From assembly GCA_964426185.1 (NCBI GenBank), contig CAYRPF010000030.1, forward strand, positions 2,983-34,982: a stretch of DNA of 32,000 nucleotides. The letters are read 5' to 3'. The notes beneath the pieces were generated by a model, which saw only the letters and a program-made list of their open reading frames with translations, was not told the DNA's origin and did not search any database. The DNA comes from an uncultured archaeon. GTDB taxonomy: Archaea > Asgardarchaeota > Lokiarchaeia > Sigyniarchaeales > Promethearchaeaceae. Position numbers and translations under genes: made by a program. Below, one piece after another: positions 1-7,826 of this stretch (within the stretch, counting starts at the first letter, position 1; every line of letters starts with the position of its first letter).

Positions 1-96
1 AGAATTGCCGTAAACTTTCCTGCGGTTGCTTAAAAAATCAAAATTTTTCTATTTCTTTTTTGAATTTGATTCTACTTGATTATTTTACGCAATGCA

Positions 97-648
97 CTAC
101 CATGGATCCCAATCAGTCTCTCTTAAGCGTTGTTTTCGAGTAGCACTAGATTTTGAAGAAGATGGGGTAGTCGCTGTTTCATCAGTGGATGATATTTTAG
201 ATCCAATTGAAATTGGTTTTTTTGAAGCCAAAATTGCAACATTTTTTGATGAAACTGCTTCTGCGACAGGTTCACTAGGAATTGTTTCTGCAAAATCTTT
301 AACCAACCTGTCAATTTCATCTTGATCCGATTGCGTCATTCCAGGTGTCCAGGGCTTTGGTTGAGCTATAGAAGATTCGCTTGAAATATAATGATCTTGA
401 TTGGAAACTTTGTTAATATTTTCGTTCGAAGGCGTGCTAATCGTTTCTTTAAAATTTGTTAAAATTTCAAAAAAACTCTCAAACTCATTTGGAGACATTT
501 CAAATTCTATTCGCTCGTCTCTTTTTTCCAATGCTAAAGTTACGCGCGTGATCATTCCATCCATCTCTGTAAAACGGCATTCAAATTTTCCGGGCTTTTC
601 CTTCCGCTTAATCGACCACACGGTTTCATTCGCTTTCTCGAGTTTCAC
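97..648 (-). CDS. Hypothetical protein: N-terminal beta-rich/alpha domain, disordered S/T/P-rich linker, C-terminal DWDPW tip
   Basis: 183-aa ORF with GGTG upstream of a GTG start and a T-rich tract after the stop; no family firmly recognised. Confidence 0.75.
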   Translation of the reverse strand: MKLEKANETVWSIKRKEKPGKFECRFTEMDGMITRVTLALEKRDERIEFEMSPNEFESFFEILTNFKETISTPSNENINKVSNQDHYISSESSIAQPKPWTPGMTQSDQDEIDRLVKDFAETIPSEPVAEAVSSKNVAILASKKPISIGSKISSTDETATTPSSSKSSATRKQRLRETDWDPW

Positions 649-761
649 ACCAAAACACCACTTCTATATGTAGTACATTTAGATATTCAAGGATAAAAAA
701 CTTATTCGACCCAAGCATAAAATTCAAAATTTATGTTTGATATTTTATTAATAATAATTAC

Positions 762-864
762 GGAACCGTTTTCTAGCCAGGTAAAATAAATTTGAATATT
801 TTTGGTATATAAGAAGCTGGACTTCTAATCCAGTTTTTCGCAGGTTCGAATCCTGCCGGTTCCA
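762..864 (+). tRNA. tRNA-Arg(TCT) with a 27-nt intron (782-808) in the D-loop
   Basis: Acceptor GGAACCG(762-768)/CGGTTCC(857-863); D stem TTCT/AGAA; anticodon stem CTGGA/TCCAG with loop CT-TCT-AA; T arm GCAGG-TTCGAAT-CCTGC; no encoded CCA; T-rich tract follows; BHB motif at the intron borders. Confidence 0.93.
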
Positions 865-890
865 TTTTATTTTTGAAATTAGATAAAAAA

Positions 891-1829
891 TTATGGTGAA
901 ATTAAGGATGGAACAGCAGGGATTTTCACAAATCGACTGATTTCTTTGAATCTACTACGAAGAGTAACCTCAGTAACCTTGATGGTTTTCGCGATTCTGC
1001 TCTGTGAACGGGGTTGATGATGATACAGACTGGCAACGTATAATGCAGCGGCTAAAATACCTTTAGGATCTCTACCTGCCACATTATATCGTTTACGATA
1101 ATGTTTGATGATTTTTATGGCAGTTTTTTCTACATTATTGTCTAACTGTAAAGCAGTAATATATTTCGGTACTAAAAGAATTGGATCTAATGCAGGTACG
1201 GTCAATTTCAGTTCACGAATAATTGTGCGATAACATCGGCGAACATCCCGAGGTTCACTGTCTGAAAATCTCATTATTTCTTGCATTGTTCTGGGAATTC
1301 GGTCAGAACGACAAGCATAATAAAGACAAGCAACTACCATGGCTTTAATAGAGCGCCCACGTAATAATTTCAGCTTAAATGCTTGTCGGTATATTTTTGC
1401 AGCATATTCTTTAACTCGTTGAGGAAGATTCAATAATGCCCCGATTCTTTTGATTTCGGTAGCTGCAATGAGCATATTACGGTTACTCCAACTCATGCGT
1501 GTATTCCATTTGATAATTCGCTTCATTCGTTGAGATAATTGTATACTTGTATCAATTACTGTGGACAAGCCAAGATCAGGCAATAAGGGCGAAACGGGGC
1601 TTCCAGTTTGATCCCGTTTACTTTTTTCAGAGTAAGAAAACGCGCGTCGACCCTCTCGTGCATTATCGATCAAATGATGGGAGAGTACTAAGCCACAAGT
1701 GGCACACACATTCTCACCGCGAGCTTGATCAATAATAATATTGAATGAATTACATTCGGGACAATGGTTAAGATCTCCTGAATTGAAGGAATGATGATGT
1801 GAAACATTAGAATTTGTGATGTCAGTCAT
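891..1829 (-). CDS. tfb: Transcription initiation factor IIB (TFB)
   Basis: Zn ribbon CPEC..CATC; two cyclin repeats (LLRGRSIKAMVVACLYYACR, GRDPKGILAAALY); C-terminal VTEVTLRSRFKE HTH. Confidence 0.96.
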   Translation of the reverse strand: MTDITNSNVSHHHSFNSGDLNHCPECNSFNIIIDQARGENVCATCGLVLSHHLIDNAREGRRAFSYSEKSKRDQTGSPVSPLLPDLGLSTVIDTSIQLSQRMKRIIKWNTRMSWSNRNMLIAATEIKRIGALLNLPQRVKEYAAKIYRQAFKLKLLRGRSIKAMVVACLYYACRSDRIPRTMQEIMRFSDSEPRDVRRCYRTIIRELKLTVPALDPILLVPKYITALQLDNNVEKTAIKIIKHYRKRYNVAGRDPKGILAAALYVASLYHHQPRSQSRIAKTIKVTEVTLRSRFKEISRFVKIPAVPSLISP

Positions 1830-2040
1830 GGTTGTTGATTCCTATTGAATCTATTTCAGTTATTACATGAAAATTTTAAAGTTAATAAAAAATGGCGATT
1901 TTTTTATCAACAGTATCAATGAATTCAATATTAGTATTTAAAAGTTGTAAAAAAAATATCCGCAGATGTGAAAAATTGGAAAAATTCCAAAAAAAAAATC
2001 ATGTAATTGAAAATATTCCAATTTCACTTGGAAAATTTGG

Positions 2041-2361
2041 TTATTTTGTTCTTTTGATCAAATGATACCCAAATTGTGTTTTGATGGGTTCAGAAATTTG
2101 ATTAATTTGCAACTTGGTACATGCATTCCAAAATTCATCTACCATTTTTCCTTTTGGAAATTCACCCAGATTCCCACCTTTTTTTTTACTCGGGCATTCA
2201 GAATATTTCCGAGCCATTTCTGCAAAATCAGCTCCAGCATCAAGTTCATCCCGTATTTGTTGAGCGAGACTTAGTTTTTTAACGAGTATATGAGATGCTT
2301 TCATTTTCCCATTACGAATTGAAGCACCACCACTACGTCCAGATTTAGAAGATTTACCCAT
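2041..2361 (-). CDS. Parvulin-type peptidyl-prolyl cis-trans isomerase
   Basis: ASHILV, FAEMARKYSECPS, GGNLGEF, KTQFGYHLI rotamase motifs; basic G/S-rich N-terminal extension. Confidence 0.95.
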   Translation of the reverse strand: MGKSSKSGRSGGASIRNGKMKASHILVKKLSLAQQIRDELDAGADFAEMARKYSECPSKKKGGNLGEFPKGKMVDEFWNACTKLQINQISEPIKTQFGYHLIKRTK

Positions 2362-2392
2362 TTAGAGCACTGTAATTAAAAAGAGATGGATT

Positions 2393-3115
2393 TTAATTAT
2401 ATTTTTCGATTATATCAAAAAGATCATAGAGACTGTTCAGATGAAAATCTGGCTTCACCAGAAATCTCTGTTTTGTGATATTTGGATCATATTTCGTACC
2501 CCGATGAATAAGAGCAGTAATTATTCCAACTGATTTTGCAGGAGCAATATCGTTATCCACTCGATCACCTATATACAGCATTTCTTGAGGCTTTAAGTGA
2601 AATCTATTTAAGAATAGCTCAAATAAAAATGGATGGGGTTTGCGCGCAGCTACTTCATCAGAGATCAAAATTTCATCAACAATGGGTTCTAATTTCAAAC
2701 GTAGTATCTTCTCATACTGTTTTTTAGGAGAGCCATCTGTTATTATTGCCGTTTTAATCTCAAGTTTTTGCAATTTCTGCAATGTTTTAACCACATCTTT
2801 AAATAAATGGAAGTGTTTAACCTTTTCGCGATGATATCCCATAACTCCTGCAGCAACAAATTTATTGATGTTGAATTTTCGACTTAGTTGAACATTGGGA
2901 TCGTTCCGGAGTCGAATTATCAAATTATCCAAATGAAATTCATTGTTACTCCCGAACTCTGCTACAATTTCATTTAACATCTGCGTTGCATAATCTTCTG
3001 GAACGGGTAATCCATAATTTATCATCATTTGCACTGATGCTTTTCGAGCTTTTTCAACAAGAAGAGTTCCGTTGAAAAGAGTGTCATCCAAATCAAATGC
3101 TACGCAGCGAATCAT
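2393..3115 (-). CDS. HAD-superfamily hydrolase (subfamily IA, archaeal)
   Basis: FDLDDTL motif I, IITDG motif II, RKP and YIGDRVDND motifs III/IV. Confidence 0.93.
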   Translation of the reverse strand: MIRCVAFDLDDTLFNGTLLVEKARKASVQMMINYGLPVPEDYATQMLNEIVAEFGSNNEFHLDNLIIRLRNDPNVQLSRKFNINKFVAAGVMGYHREKVKHFHLFKDVVKTLQKLQKLEIKTAIITDGSPKKQYEKILRLKLEPIVDEILISDEVAARKPHPFLFELFLNRFHLKPQEMLYIGDRVDNDIAPAKSVGIITALIHRGTKYDPNITKQRFLVKPDFHLNSLYDLFDIIEKYN

Positions 3116-3170
3116 GAGAAGTCACAATTTATTCAATTTTTCTATAACAGATGAATAATTAAATTCCATC

Positions 3171-3321
3171 CCGCTTAAATCTTTCCCATAGTAATTTCTG
3201 CTAAAAGTCTGAGATGCACCCTAACGGTTTAGCATGATTAGTGGCCTAGGGCACATAATGGCTTAGTCATAGTAATGGTTTAACTATGCCTTAGTGTAGC
3301 ATTAACTCAGAGTTTAAGCGG
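3171..3321. ncRNA. Candidate structured non-coding RNA or cis element
   Basis: Intergenic and GC-richer than its flanks; nested stems CCGCTTAAA/TTTAAGCGG, TCTGAG/CTCAGA, CCCTA/TAGGG, CATAGT/ACTATG; four 17-nt periodic units. Confidence 0.5.
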
Positions 3322-3402
3322 AAAATGATGAAAATATGAATGCTATGAGATTAACCGATAAGTAGAAAAAAAGAAAATCTAAAATAAAAGGGGAATAAAT
3401 AA

Positions 3403-4563
3403 CTAAACATCATCTGAATTAGAAGTAATACTTCGATAAGAATAAGCCCGAGCAATGTATCCTTTGGTTTCTTTTGGTAAAAGTCCTTTTAAATACTCGG
3501 GAAAGCTCGCAGTTAAAACTATATCGGTCTTCAGTAAATATAAGTGCTCACCTGCATATGAAAAATCTTGTATAATATTCTTCTGTTTTAAAAATTCTAG
3601 ATTTTCCAGAAGTTCTTTTGATGAATCTTCTGAATATAGAGAAAGAATTTTATCTTTGGCAAGTGGTCCTTGCCGCAGCTGTGTGATAATGTTATATTTC
3701 TTTGAATCGGCAAAAATAGTGAATAATTCCAGTGAATCCATCGAAGAAGGGCTATATGTTTCAAAAAAATCTCGGACTTCATTGATATAAATTTCTGTTA
3801 AATCAGACATTTCAGGAGAATCTTCTTCTTCTAAATCTATCACGCAATTGGGAGGTACACGCATAATCGAGACATCTTTTACCAAAAGTACATAAGAATC
3901 TTGTCCAATTGAATTAACAAACACAAATTTTTGTTCTTGTAATTCTTCTATGATTTTTTCAAAAGAATAATTGGGAAAAACCACTTCAAACCATTTCTGC
4001 AAATCTTCATTCGAAATAGGACCTTTGGATAGTTTTTTAATTACATTGAAGATCTCCTTTTTACTCATTATAGAAGCCCATTTTTCCTCTTCGGTTCGTT
4101 CCCTTAATTCTTCTACCCCAGTCCAATAAAGTTCTTTGAGCCAAAATCTGATATTAGAATTAAACTCTTTTATTTTCGGATAATCTGCTTCAGATACTTG
4201 AGTATCTTCAGTACTATAAAAAGCTTTAAAGAGATTTTTCTGAGTTTTCATTTTTTCAGCAAATTCTCGAGTGAATTCTTTAAAAATAGCTTCTTCCATT
4301 TGATTTGGAGTTTTATCAATAACAAAGGATACCATTAACATTTCTTTATTTCCACGAGCCCATTCACTGTTAATTTCAAAATAATAATTCATGGAAGCTA
4401 GCTTTCCAAATTTGTGTGTAAAATATCCCTCTTCGTAAATTTGATCCATGAATTCTGCCAGACGACTCTTTTCATCCTCTGTTAGAATATCTTCAGGGAA
4501 GCTGTAATACACAATGGGTCCAATTTTACGGTGGAAATAACTAATAGCGACTGATGCTTGCAT
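3403..4563 (-). CDS. Longin/uDENN (NPR2/folliculin-like) domain protein with two predicted C-terminal winged-helix repeats
   Basis: N-terminal ISYFHRKIGPIVYYSFP and WARG pattern typical of uDENN/NPR2 longins; two wHTH-like repeats (IKKLSKGPIS.., ITQLRQGPLA..). Confidence 0.65.
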   Translation of the reverse strand: MQASVAISYFHRKIGPIVYYSFPEDILTEDEKSRLAEFMDQIYEEGYFTHKFGKLASMNYYFEINSEWARGNKEMLMVSFVIDKTPNQMEEAIFKEFTREFAEKMKTQKNLFKAFYSTEDTQVSEADYPKIKEFNSNIRFWLKELYWTGVEELRERTEEEKWASIMSKKEIFNVIKKLSKGPISNEDLQKWFEVVFPNYSFEKIIEELQEQKFVFVNSIGQDSYVLLVKDVSIMRVPPNCVIDLEEEDSPEMSDLTEIYINEVRDFFETYSPSSMDSLELFTIFADSKKYNIITQLRQGPLAKDKILSLYSEDSSKELLENLEFLKQKNIIQDFSYAGEHLYLLKTDIVLTASFPEYLKGLLPKETKGYIARAYSYRSITSNSDDV

Positions 4564-4682
4564 ATTGGTTGCTCGACTTGTTGTTCTTTAATACCTAGAT
4601 CAAAGTATCTATATTAAATAATCTGGTGTTAACCTAAAAAATAATCGGTTAAATAGTTATTTGAAGAAAAAAGAAAAGGATA

Positions 4683-5885
4683 TTATCGATCTCGCTTACC
4701 TTCGATAAATTCTTTCACCCATTGTTTGGCAATTACATCTGACGGGGGTTGAATATGAGGATGTTTAAATGAAAAAGAACTGATCGATTCTAAACGACCA
4801 GATATTTTACGATCTAGTGCTAATTTCATCACTCGAATAATATCACAAACCACTCCAGCGCTGTTTGGCGAATCCTCGACACGAAGTTTCATGTCTGCAA
4901 TTAATGAAAGACCTCCAAAGGTTTCACCCTCAATGCGGATATAACAAATTTTCTTATCTCGTAAAAATGGTACATAGTCAGAAGGTCCAATTCGACAATC
5001 AATATCATATGGTAAAACACTGGTAACTGCACTCGTCTTAGACTTTCTCTTAGTCGTTAGCCTGCTCTCCATTTTCATATTTTCAAAATCAGTATTGCCT
5101 CCGATATTCAATTGATACGTGTTTTTTACAATTACTCCACGATCCAAGAAGAGTTTAGCCAAAACACGGTGAGAGATCGTGGCTCCAACTTGACTTTTTA
5201 TATCATCGCCCGCGCATGGTAACCCCGCTTTTTCAAATTCTGCCACCCAATCTTTATCACCTTCTACATGTTCACTTACAATAAATTCTGGAATAGCATT
5301 AATAAATCCACAACCAGCATCTATTGCCGCTTGTGCATAAGCTCTTGAAGCATGATATGATCCTACAGGAAGAAAGTTTACCAAAATATCTGCTTTTGTA
5401 TCTCGTAGGACTTGAGCAACGTCAACGGGTTCGATTTTTTGGGGATCGTAACGATGAAAACTTTCAACCATATGTGGTGCACATCCATCTAAAATTGGTC
5501 CAGGTTGCACAATTACATTTAGTTTGGGCATTTTTTCATGGGGAACAATTGGTTGAACAACATTAGGAGGTTCATATATTGCATCTGCAACATCCTTTCC
5601 AATTTTAAGAGCATTAATTTCAAAAGAAGCTACAAATTTGATATCACGGTAAAGATATCCTCCAACACTTGGATTCATCAAACCCTTGATATATGAGTCT
5701 ACAGGACTGATATTTTTATAATATTCGGTTCCCATTACCAAAGCAGCTGCACAGTTTCCTAATCCCGCGAGGGCTACGCGTATTTCGCGCTTTTTATCTG
5801 TTCTTGGAGGAACAATGGAATCCCCTATAGTCATTTCGGATTTATCTGCAATTTCATCAATAAAATTTTGCTCATTCTCTTTCAT
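4683..5885 (-). CDS. ino1: myo-inositol-1-phosphate synthase
   Basis: GLGNCA, NFLPVGS, GDDIKSQVGAT, QLNIGGNTDFENM, VEDSPNSAG motifs. Confidence 0.96.
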   Translation of the reverse strand: MKENEQNFIDEIADKSEMTIGDSIVPPRTDKKREIRVALAGLGNCAAALVMGTEYYKNISPVDSYIKGLMNPSVGGYLYRDIKFVASFEINALKIGKDVADAIYEPPNVVQPIVPHEKMPKLNVIVQPGPILDGCAPHMVESFHRYDPQKIEPVDVAQVLRDTKADILVNFLPVGSYHASRAYAQAAIDAGCGFINAIPEFIVSEHVEGDKDWVAEFEKAGLPCAGDDIKSQVGATISHRVLAKLFLDRGVIVKNTYQLNIGGNTDFENMKMESRLTTKRKSKTSAVTSVLPYDIDCRIGPSDYVPFLRDKKICYIRIEGETFGGLSLIADMKLRVEDSPNSAGVVCDIIRVMKLALDRKISGRLESISSFSFKHPHIQPPSDVIAKQWVKEFIEGKRDR

Positions 5886-5964
5886 TTATTGTACACCTAA
5901 ATTCTAAAAAAATTTGCTGTAAACATTTATTTTGGGAATGTAAATTAAAGGTTCGCGTTTTATA

Positions 5965-5981
5965 GATCCTATAATAGGATC
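5965..5981. promoter_or_regulatory. Perfect 17-bp palindrome GATCCTAT-A-ATAGGATC, putative operator
   Basis: Seen directly between divergent ino1 and an RHH-like gene; extra half-site AATAGGA at 5984-5990. Confidence 0.55.
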
Positions 5982-6025
5982 AAAATAGGAATATATACAT
6001 ATTTTCCTGATTTATTTCATATTTA

Positions 6026-6493
6026 ATGTCGAATCAACGAGATTATAACCAAGTTGAAATGGTTCGCTTGAAATTGTATATTCCACTTGAAAAATATCAT
6101 CAATGGATGCATTATTTGAAACAAAATCATCCTAATTCTCAATTTTTTACAAATTTTAGCAATTGGGTTCGCACAGCTTTAATTAAGCTTCCATCTCCAG
6201 GTGTATCTCCATTATTTCCCAAATCAATTGAAAATCTAAGTAATGATCATTCTGCCAGAAAAATGCTAGAAAAGGTGGTCTGGATAAAAAAATCAACTAA
6301 AATGTCATTATTGGAAAGGAAAGGTCATTTTTCTTTGAATAGTTACGTAATCCTCATTTTGGATATTCATACCTTTGGGATATCTTCATTTCAATCACTT
6401 ATCTATCAAATCTTGCAACTTCAATCCCGAGTAAATGAAATTGAAGAAAAAGTGAGAATAATAGATGAAAAATTAGTTTTTTTTAAGGAATAG
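6026..6493 (+). CDS. Putative tandem ribbon-helix-helix regulator with a C-terminal coiled coil
   Basis: RLKLYIP-helix-NFSNWVRTAL and KVVWIK-helix-SLNSYVILILD patterns; heptad C-terminus. Confidence 0.5.
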   Translation: MSNQRDYNQVEMVRLKLYIPLEKYHQWMHYLKQNHPNSQFFTNFSNWVRTALIKLPSPGVSPLFPKSIENLSNDHSARKMLEKVVWIKKSTKMSLLERKGHFSLNSYVILILDIHTFGISSFQSLIYQILQLQSRVNEIEEKVRIIDEKLVFFKE

Positions 6494-6555
6494 GCTCAGT
6501 GTGGGGCGACAATTTCATCTGCTTTGCATCATTTGTCATAGGTTCATCATTGCCC
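6492..6555 (-). ncRNA. Box C/D methylation-guide sRNA (predicted target 23S rRNA Gm2251, E. coli numbering)
   Basis: Minus strand reads GGGC-A-ATGATGA(C)-ACCTATGACAA-ATGA(D')-TGCAAAGC-AGATGA(C')-AATTGTCGCCCCACA-CTGA(D)-GCCT; terminal stem present; guide is complementary to UGGGGCGGCA. Confidence 0.85.
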
Positions 6556-6567
6556 AGAAATTATTAT

Positions 6568-6897
6568 TTAACAATATTCTTTGATACACTTTAGAAATTC
6601 GTATCCACGAGCTGATACTTTATAACTATCTTCTCCATGTTGTTCAATTAGTTTTAAATTCAAAAGAACAGGCATTCTTCCTGAGATACAAGCATGAGGA
6701 ACACCCGACATCATTTGGATAGAATCACGATTTTCTGCTCCACGTGCAATTGCGATAAGCATTTGAATACCAAATTCACCCAAAATATATTTATAACTGC
6801 GTAATTCTTCCAAATCATAGGAAACATCTGTTGAAGTTCCATCCATAAAATCAACTGGTGGTATTATAAGTACCAAATTTTTGAAATACTCAAACAA
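6568..6897 (-). CDS. Small winged-helix-like hypothetical protein (start may be ATG 6846)
   Basis: C-terminal LNLKLIE...YKVSARGYEFL is a typical wHTH wing pattern. Confidence 0.65.
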   Translation of the reverse strand: MFEYFKNLVLIIPPVDFMDGTSTDVSYDLEELRSYKYILGEFGIQMLIAIARGAENRDSIQMMSGVPHACISGRMPVLLNLKLIEQHGEDSYKVSARGYEFLKCIKEYC

Positions 6898-6922
6898 TTA
6901 CAATGTTCAATAAAAAAAAAAA

Positions 6923-7393
6923 TTATCCATTTTCGAAATGATCTTGAAAATGAATAAGTTCTCCTTCACAACGTTGAATATTTGAACTGCTTCTGAATTG
7001 ATCAATCAATTCTTTGAATTTAATCCATTGAGAATGTTCATCTGATACTCCAATGTAATATTCTACAATATAAGAGGAGTTGCTTCTACTCAAACCTGTC
7101 GTATGAATAACAGAATAAGAATTTAATAGTTGAGAATGTTTTTTGTATTCTTTCATTCCTTCATTTGTAAATTTAAAATAGATTTTAACAACAGTGAAAA
7201 AATTCCCAGGATAGCAAGTAATCCGAGAAAGTTTTGGGTAAATAGCATAAACGCATAAAATAGAACTATATTCGCTATATAACCGCGGTAATTGGGGTGA
7301 TTTTAGAAAATTATCATATTCTTCAACCGAAATCAAAAACCCTTCCGTGATCGGAGTCCTCTTTTGAAAAAACGGGTATCGATCTCGATTCAT
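6923..7393 (-). CDS. Hypothetical protein (possible ACT/ferredoxin-like C-terminal half)
   Basis: 156-aa ORF co-oriented downstream of pop5; alternating beta/alpha pattern. Confidence 0.6.
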   Translation of the reverse strand: MNRDRYPFFQKRTPITEGFLISVEEYDNFLKSPQLPRLYSEYSSILCVYAIYPKLSRITCYPGNFFTVVKIYFKFTNEGMKEYKKHSQLLNSYSVIHTTGLSRSNSSYIVEYYIGVSDEHSQWIKFKELIDQFRSSSNIQRCEGELIHFQDHFENG

Positions 7394-7446
7394 ATATTAT
7401 GATATTAAATTCTACCTTTAATTTTCTTAGCATTTATAAAAGAAAA

Positions 7447-7815
7447 TTACTGATCATCTCTTTTAGGTGGAATTGTATTGAATATCTCACGCCAAATTTT
7501 AAGGGTTTTTTTTATTGTCCCTGAAGTTTTGCGAGTATGAAAAATCACAGGAATACGTTCTATCCTAGTTATGAAGGTCATACTTGTAATAAGTTCCCAT
7601 TTTGAAACATTATCGCACCTAATTATCCCAATTCGATTAATTGGATCCCATCTAATCATCCATAGTCCAGCTTTAAAACAAATTTTCTGCCCAAAAAGTA
7701 TTTGCATCTGATCCCATATTACTTTCATTATTTGTTCTTTAAAAATATGAATTGACACATTCTTAGGCAATGTAAATACTTCAAATAACACATATCTTTG
7801 GCGTATGGTTTTCAT
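7447..7815 (-). CDS. rnp2: Ribonuclease P protein Pop5/Rpp14
   Basis: RQRYVLFEV, GIIRC and KTSGTIKK motifs; conserved gene order. Confidence 0.92.
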   Translation of the reverse strand: MKTIRQRYVLFEVFTLPKNVSIHIFKEQIMKVIWDQMQILFGQKICFKAGLWMIRWDPINRIGIIRCDNVSKWELITSMTFITRIERIPVIFHTRKTSGTIKKTLKIWREIFNTIPPKRDDQ

Positions 7816-7826
7816 TTGGTAAGTTC

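Noticed and set aside
1-33. Possible 3' end of an upstream plus-strand gene (RIAVNFPAVA*)
   Set aside because: Only 10 codons are visible, so it cannot be identified or confirmed
92-673. Plus-strand ORFs 92-325 and 401-673, and similar short antisense or nested ORFs throughout the track
   Set aside because: They shadow longer, motif-bearing genes and have no motifs of their own
1974-2035. TTGGAA/TTCCAA inverted repeats as ORB elements
   Set aside because: Short and degenerate; expected by chance in this AT-rich DNA, or terminator/promoter related
3171-3321. SRP RNA, RNase P RNA, 5S rRNA or SECIS identity for the structured region
   Set aside because: Signature motifs (SRP helix 8, RNase P GAGGAAAGUCC, 5S CCGAAC loop, SECIS core with an upstream in-frame UGA gene) were not found
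3325-3360. ATGATGA as the C box of a second C/D sRNA
   Set aside because: No convincing C' or CTGA D box and no terminal stem at the expected distance
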